Origin: an uncultured Acidobacteriota bacterium
Lineage (GTDB): Bacteria > Acidobacteriota > Thermoanaerobaculia > Gp7-AA8
Reading direction: 5' to 3'
Length of the DNA stretch: 64,000 nucleotides
Assembly: GCA_963741955.1 (NCBI GenBank)
Contig: CAVUKB010000006.1
Location: forward strand, 480,002-544,001
The notes beneath the pieces are model-generated. The model did not search any database. It saw only the letters and a list, made by a program, of their open reading frames with translations, and had not been told where the DNA came from. The position numbers and the translations under genes are program-made. Below are positions 60,015-64,000 of the stretch, piece after piece. Each line of letters begins with the position of its first letter. Position 1 is the stretch's first letter.

Positions 60015-63000
60015 CTATTGGGGGGTGCGGATCCTCTGATCCGCCGCGAAGATCGTGGCTTCCGCGACGATGACCGTGCCTGGGGTCATTCGCGGAGCGG
60101 CTTCTCGCGAGTGCGGCTTCGCTTCTGCCACGAGCGTCGTCTCGATCCGCTCCGAACATGATCCGCGCGGCGGATCGGAGGGTCCGCACCCCTCGGCGCA
60201 AACGTGATTCGCGCGGTGGAAGAGAGGTTCCGCCGCCCTCGGCGTTCGTGGCGGGTTTTCAAATCGCGCAATTGAAATCGCTGTCGAAGGCACGAACTGC
60301 ACCGGCCACGGAACCAGTTCGGAAGATGGACGCCCGTTCGGTCCATGGCAAATCGCGCAAATGGAATCGTGATCGGAGCCGTGGATCTCTCGGGTTACTC
60401 GAGCGCTCTCCGGGAAGAGACGCCCGTTCGGGCTATAGCAAATGCTTCTGCCACAGGCATCGTCTCGATACGCTTCGAACGAGATTCGCGCGGCGGATCG
60501 GAGGATCCGCACCCCTCGGCGCGAACGTGATTCGCGCGGTGGAAGAGAGGTTCCGCCGCCCTCGGCGTTCGTGGCGGGTTTTCAAATCGCGCAATTGAAA
60601 TCGCTGTCGAAGGCACGAACTGCACCGGCCACGGAACCAGTTCGGAAGATGGACGCCCGTTCGGTCCATGGCAAATCGCGCAAATGGAATCGTGATCGGA
60701 GCCGTGGATCTCTCGGGTTACTCGAGCGCTCTCCGGGAAGAGACGCCCGTTCGGGCTATAGCAAATGCTTCTGCCACAGGCGTCGTCTCGATCCGCTCCG
60801 AACATGATCCGCGCGGCGGATCGGAGGGTCCGCACCCCTCGGCGCAAACGTGATTCGCGCGGTGGAAGAGAGGTTCCGCCGCCCTCGGCGTTCGTGGCGG
60901 GTTTTCAAATCGCGCAATTGAAATCGCTGTCGAAGGCACGAACTGCACCGGCCACGGAACCAGTTCGGAAGATGGACGCCCGTTCGGTCCATGGCAAATC
61001 GCGCAAATGGAATCGTGATCGGAGCCGTGGATCTCTCGGGTTACTCGAGCGCTCTCCGGGAAGAGACGCCCGTTCGGGCTATAGCAAATGCTTCTGCCAC
61101 AGGCGTCGTCTCGATACGCTACGAACGGGATTCGCGCGGCGGATCCCGCAACGCGGGATCCGCACCCCTCGGCGCAAACGTGATTCGCGCGGTGGAAGAG
61201 AGGTTCCGCCGCCCTCGGCGTTCGTGGCGGGTTTTCAAATCGCGCAATTGAAATCGCTGTCGAAGGCACGAACTGCACCGACCACGGAACCGGTTCGGAA
61301 GATGGACGCCCGTTCGGTCGATGGCAAATCGCGCAAATGAAATCGTGATCGGAGCCGTGGATCTCTCGGGTTACTCGAGCGCTCTCCGGGAAGAGACGCC
61401 CGTTCGGGCTATAGCAAATGCTTCTGCCACAGGCATCGTCTCGATCCGCTCCGAACATGATCCGCGCGGCGGATCGGAGGATCCGCACCCCTCGGCGCGA
61501 ACGTGATTCGCGCGGTGGAAGAGAGGTTCCGCAGCCCTCGGCGTTCGTGGCGGGTTTTCAAATCGCGCAATTGAAATCGCTGTCGAAGGCACGAACTGCA
61601 CCGACCACGGAACCAGTTCGGAAGATGGACGCCCGTTCGGTCCATGGCAAATCGCGCAAATGGAATCGTGATCGGAGCCGTGGATCTCTCGGGTTACTCG
61701 AGCGCTCTCCGGGAAGAGACGCCCGTTCGGGCTATAGCAAATGCTTCTGCCACAGGCGTCCTCTCGAACCGCTTCGAACATGATCCGCGCGGCGGATCGG
61801 AGGATCCGCACCCCTCGGCGCGAACGTGATTCGCGCGGTGGAAGAGAGGTTCCGCCGCCCTCGGCGTTCGTGGCGGGTTTTCAAATCGCGCAATTGAAAT
61901 CGCTGTTGAAGGCACGAACTGCACCGACCACGGAACCGGTTCGGAAGATGGACGCCCGTTCGGTCGATGGCAAATCGCGCAAATGAAATCGTGATCGGAG
62001 CCGTGGATCTCTCGGGTTACTCGAGCGCTCTCCGGGAAGAGACGCCCGTTCGGGCTATAGCAAATGCTTCTGCCACAGGCATCGTCTCGATCCGCTCCGA
62101 ACGGGATCCGCGCGGCGGATCGGAGGATCCGCACCCCTCGGCGCAAACGTGATTCGCGCGGTGGAAGAGAGGTTCCGCCGCCCTCGGCGTTCGTGGCGGG
62201 TTTTCAAATCGCGCAATTGAAATCGCTGTCGAAGGCACGAACTGCACCGACCACGGAACCGGTTCGGAAGATGGACGCCCGTTCGGTCCATGGCAAATCG
62301 CGCAAATGGAATCGTGATCGGAGCCGTGGATCTCTCGGGTTACTCGAGCGCTCTCCGGGAAGAGACGCCCGTTCGGGCTATAGCAAATGCTTCTGCCACA
62401 GGCGTCGTCTCGATACGCTACGAACGGGATTCGCGCGGCGGATCGGAGGATCCGCACCCCTCGGCGCGAACGTGATTCGCGCGGTGGAAGAGAGGTTCCG
62501 CCGCCCTCGGCGTTCGTGGCGGGTTTTCAAATCGCGCAATTGAAATCGCTGTCGAAGGCACGAACTGCACCGACCACGGAACCGGTTCGGAAGATGGACG
62601 CCCGTTCGGTCCATGGCAAATCGCGCAAATGAAATCGTGATCGGAGCCGTGGATCTCTCGGGTTACTCGAGCGCTCTCCGGGAAGAGACGCCCGTTCGGG
62701 CTATAGCAAATGCTTCTGCCACAGGCGTCCTCTCGAACCGCTTCGAACATGATCCGCGCGGCGGATCGGAGGATCCGCACCCCTCGGCGCGAACGTGATT
62801 CGCGCGGTGGAAGAGAGGTTCCGCCGCCCTCGGCGTTCGTGGCGGGTTTTCAAATCGCGCAATTGAAATCGCTGTTGAAGGCACGAACTGCACCGACCAC
62901 GGAACCGGTTCGGAAGATGGACGCCCGTTCGGTCCATGGCAAATCGCGCAAATGAAATCGTGATCGGAGCCGTGGATCTCTCGGGTTACTCGAGCGCTCT

Positions 63001-63040
63001 CCGGGAAGAGACGCCCGTTCGGGCTATAGCAAATGCTTCT
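60015..63040. repeat. Core-motif array A11: about 9 tandem copies of a 323-bp unit
   Basis: ORF-track starts at 60345, 60668, 60991, 61321, 61644, 61967, 62290, 62613 and 62936. Each unit has two cores plus a GGCGGATCGGAGGATCCGCACCC hairpin. Confidence 0.97.
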
Positions 63041-63122
63041 AGAGTGGGGTGCCCGAAAGCAGTTTCGCCGCGGATCGGAGGACCCGCGGCGAAGAGGGAG
63101 GTGGTCGAACTGAGTGAAGGGG

Positions 63123-63773
63123 CTACGGACGTGAGGGGGAGATCACCGGAGGGTTCCCTTTGTGATCTTCGTGGAGGATCTGCCCGAGGCCCACACCGGC
63201 GCCGATCAGTGCAACGGGCTGCCAGATCGGAACCGCTGCGACTTTGCAAACCACCGGGTGCATCTCGCCGGAGGGCGTGAGCGCGGCGACGATGTCCTTG
63301 CACGAGAAGCCGCACGGCACCTGGTGCTGATCGCCGTCGGTCCAACCGACAACGAGGTTCTGCGCGACGCGAGCCTGCTCGTCGGTGAGAGCCGGCGCGG
63401 TGCAGGCGCGCGTGACCGCGGCGTTCATCACGTCGGTGGAGGTCTGGGCGCCCGACTGGTCCGTCGCGGTCACCCGATATTGAACAGAGGGCGTACCTGC
63501 CAGCGAAATGGGAAGGACAGCCCACCATCCATCACCGTCGCCATGGCGCATCTGGACATACGACCACTTGCAGTCAGACGCGTCCGACGCATGGAAGACC
63601 ACGCGTGCGGAGATGATCGGTGAGGTTCCGGTGATGTGAGCCGTCACGAGCTGATGATCTCCCGCCCGGATGCAGGTCAACGGATTCACTGCGACCTGCG
63701 GCTCGGCAGCAAGGAGGGATCCGGCTGCGACGAGGCATGCAGCGGCCCACAGCGCGATGTGGCTCTTCTTCAT
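63123..63773 (-). CDS. Hypothetical secreted/membrane protein
   Basis: Start MKKSHIALWAAACLVAAGSLLA (signal peptide, RBS GGAG), a Cys-containing beta-rich domain (ARVVFHA...YVQM) and a C-terminal hydrophobic segment. Confidence 0.8.
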   Translation of the reverse strand: MKKSHIALWAAACLVAAGSLLAAEPQVAVNPLTCIRAGDHQLVTAHITGTSPIISARVVFHASDASDCKWSYVQMRHGDGDGWWAVLPISLAGTPSVQYRVTATDQSGAQTSTDVMNAAVTRACTAPALTDEQARVAQNLVVGWTDGDQHQVPCGFSCKDIVAALTPSGEMHPVVCKVAAVPIWQPVALIGAGVGLGQILHEDHKGNPPVISPSRP

Positions 63774-64000
63774 CAGTATTTCTCCAGCCTCACGTCCCGG
63801 GCGGATCCGGATGAGGCAGTCCGGGGTTCTCGGAATGTAACCTTCGGACACCAGTTCCGTCAAGGGGAGTGGTTAGCCCGCATTTCTCACACCACCTCTG
63901 CTGCGGAGGCGGATAGCGGCCTGTCTGCTGCGTTGAGCCCCGCTTCGCGGGATCCGCACCTCCTCGGGAGAATGAATCCGAACCGGTGCTCCGAGGGGTG

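Noticed and set aside
11850-63040. CRISPR interpretation of the core arrays (GTTTTCAAATCGCGCAATTGAAATC resembles ...ATTGAAAY CRISPR repeat ends)
   Set aside because: Spacers are about 65-90 nt or longer, recur in higher-order units, cores occur in both orientations, and no cas gene or leader is in the window.
52465-63040. Diversity-generating retroelement (Avd-like proteins plus near-identical repeats)
   Set aside because: There is no reverse transcriptase, differences between repeats are not adenine-specific, and no target ORF has a variable region.
11735-63280. Many ORFs over the arrays with recurring peptides (DFICAIC, ISFARF, NRANEI, QIAQMKS), including an apparent CxxC motif
   Set aside because: These are translations of the DNA core in all six frames. 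Several unit lengths (295, 323, 436, 460) are not multiples of three, and there is no consistent RBS or frame.

Overview
High-GC bacterial window. Gene style suggests Acidobacteriota/Thermoanaerobaculia-like, but that is inference. Almost everything is on the minus strand. (1) 1-7 kb: a run of secreted FN3/beta-propeller proteins. A textbook sigma70 promoter and a GEMM-I cyclic-dinucleotide riboswitch precede the 1009-aa gene, and the riboswitch carries the A20 variant associated with 3',3'-cGAMP sensing. (2) 9.6-59.8 kb: a Wzx/Wzy-type exopolysaccharide/capsule locus (OM beta-barrel, wza, wzc, cpsB-type phosphatase, UpxY/NusG-like antiterminator, cupin, nucleotide-sugar dehydrogenase, gmd, fcl, asnB, wzx, wzy, many glycosyltransferases, wcaF, wecA fusion). 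The main unexplained signal is about 14-15 kb of intergenic DNA (roughly a quarter of the window) forming about ten satellite-like arrays. They are built on one 19-20 nt core, GATTTCATTTGCGCGATTT(G), in roughly 120-130 copies by manual estimate. The cores form 85-90 nt monomers with conserved ends and variable middles, then array-specific higher-order units (about 195, 282, 295, 323, 342, 436 and 460 bp). The arrays abut gene starts and stops, host small cassettes (TA-like pair, four-helix-bundle gene), and truncate a nucleotidyltransferase gene. Other repeat families (heptamers, a GGCGGATC hairpin, a MITE-like element) are inserted in frame into a glycosyltransferase and asnB. Also present are a RAYT-like Y1 transposase with its own REP array, and an IS4-superfamily element that duplicated a 21-bp REP hairpin and has an AbrB-like ORF joined to the transposase by an A9 slippery run. 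Several single-base frameshifts at 54-56.3 kb probably reflect sequencing error. No CRISPR-Cas, RT or integrase is visible.
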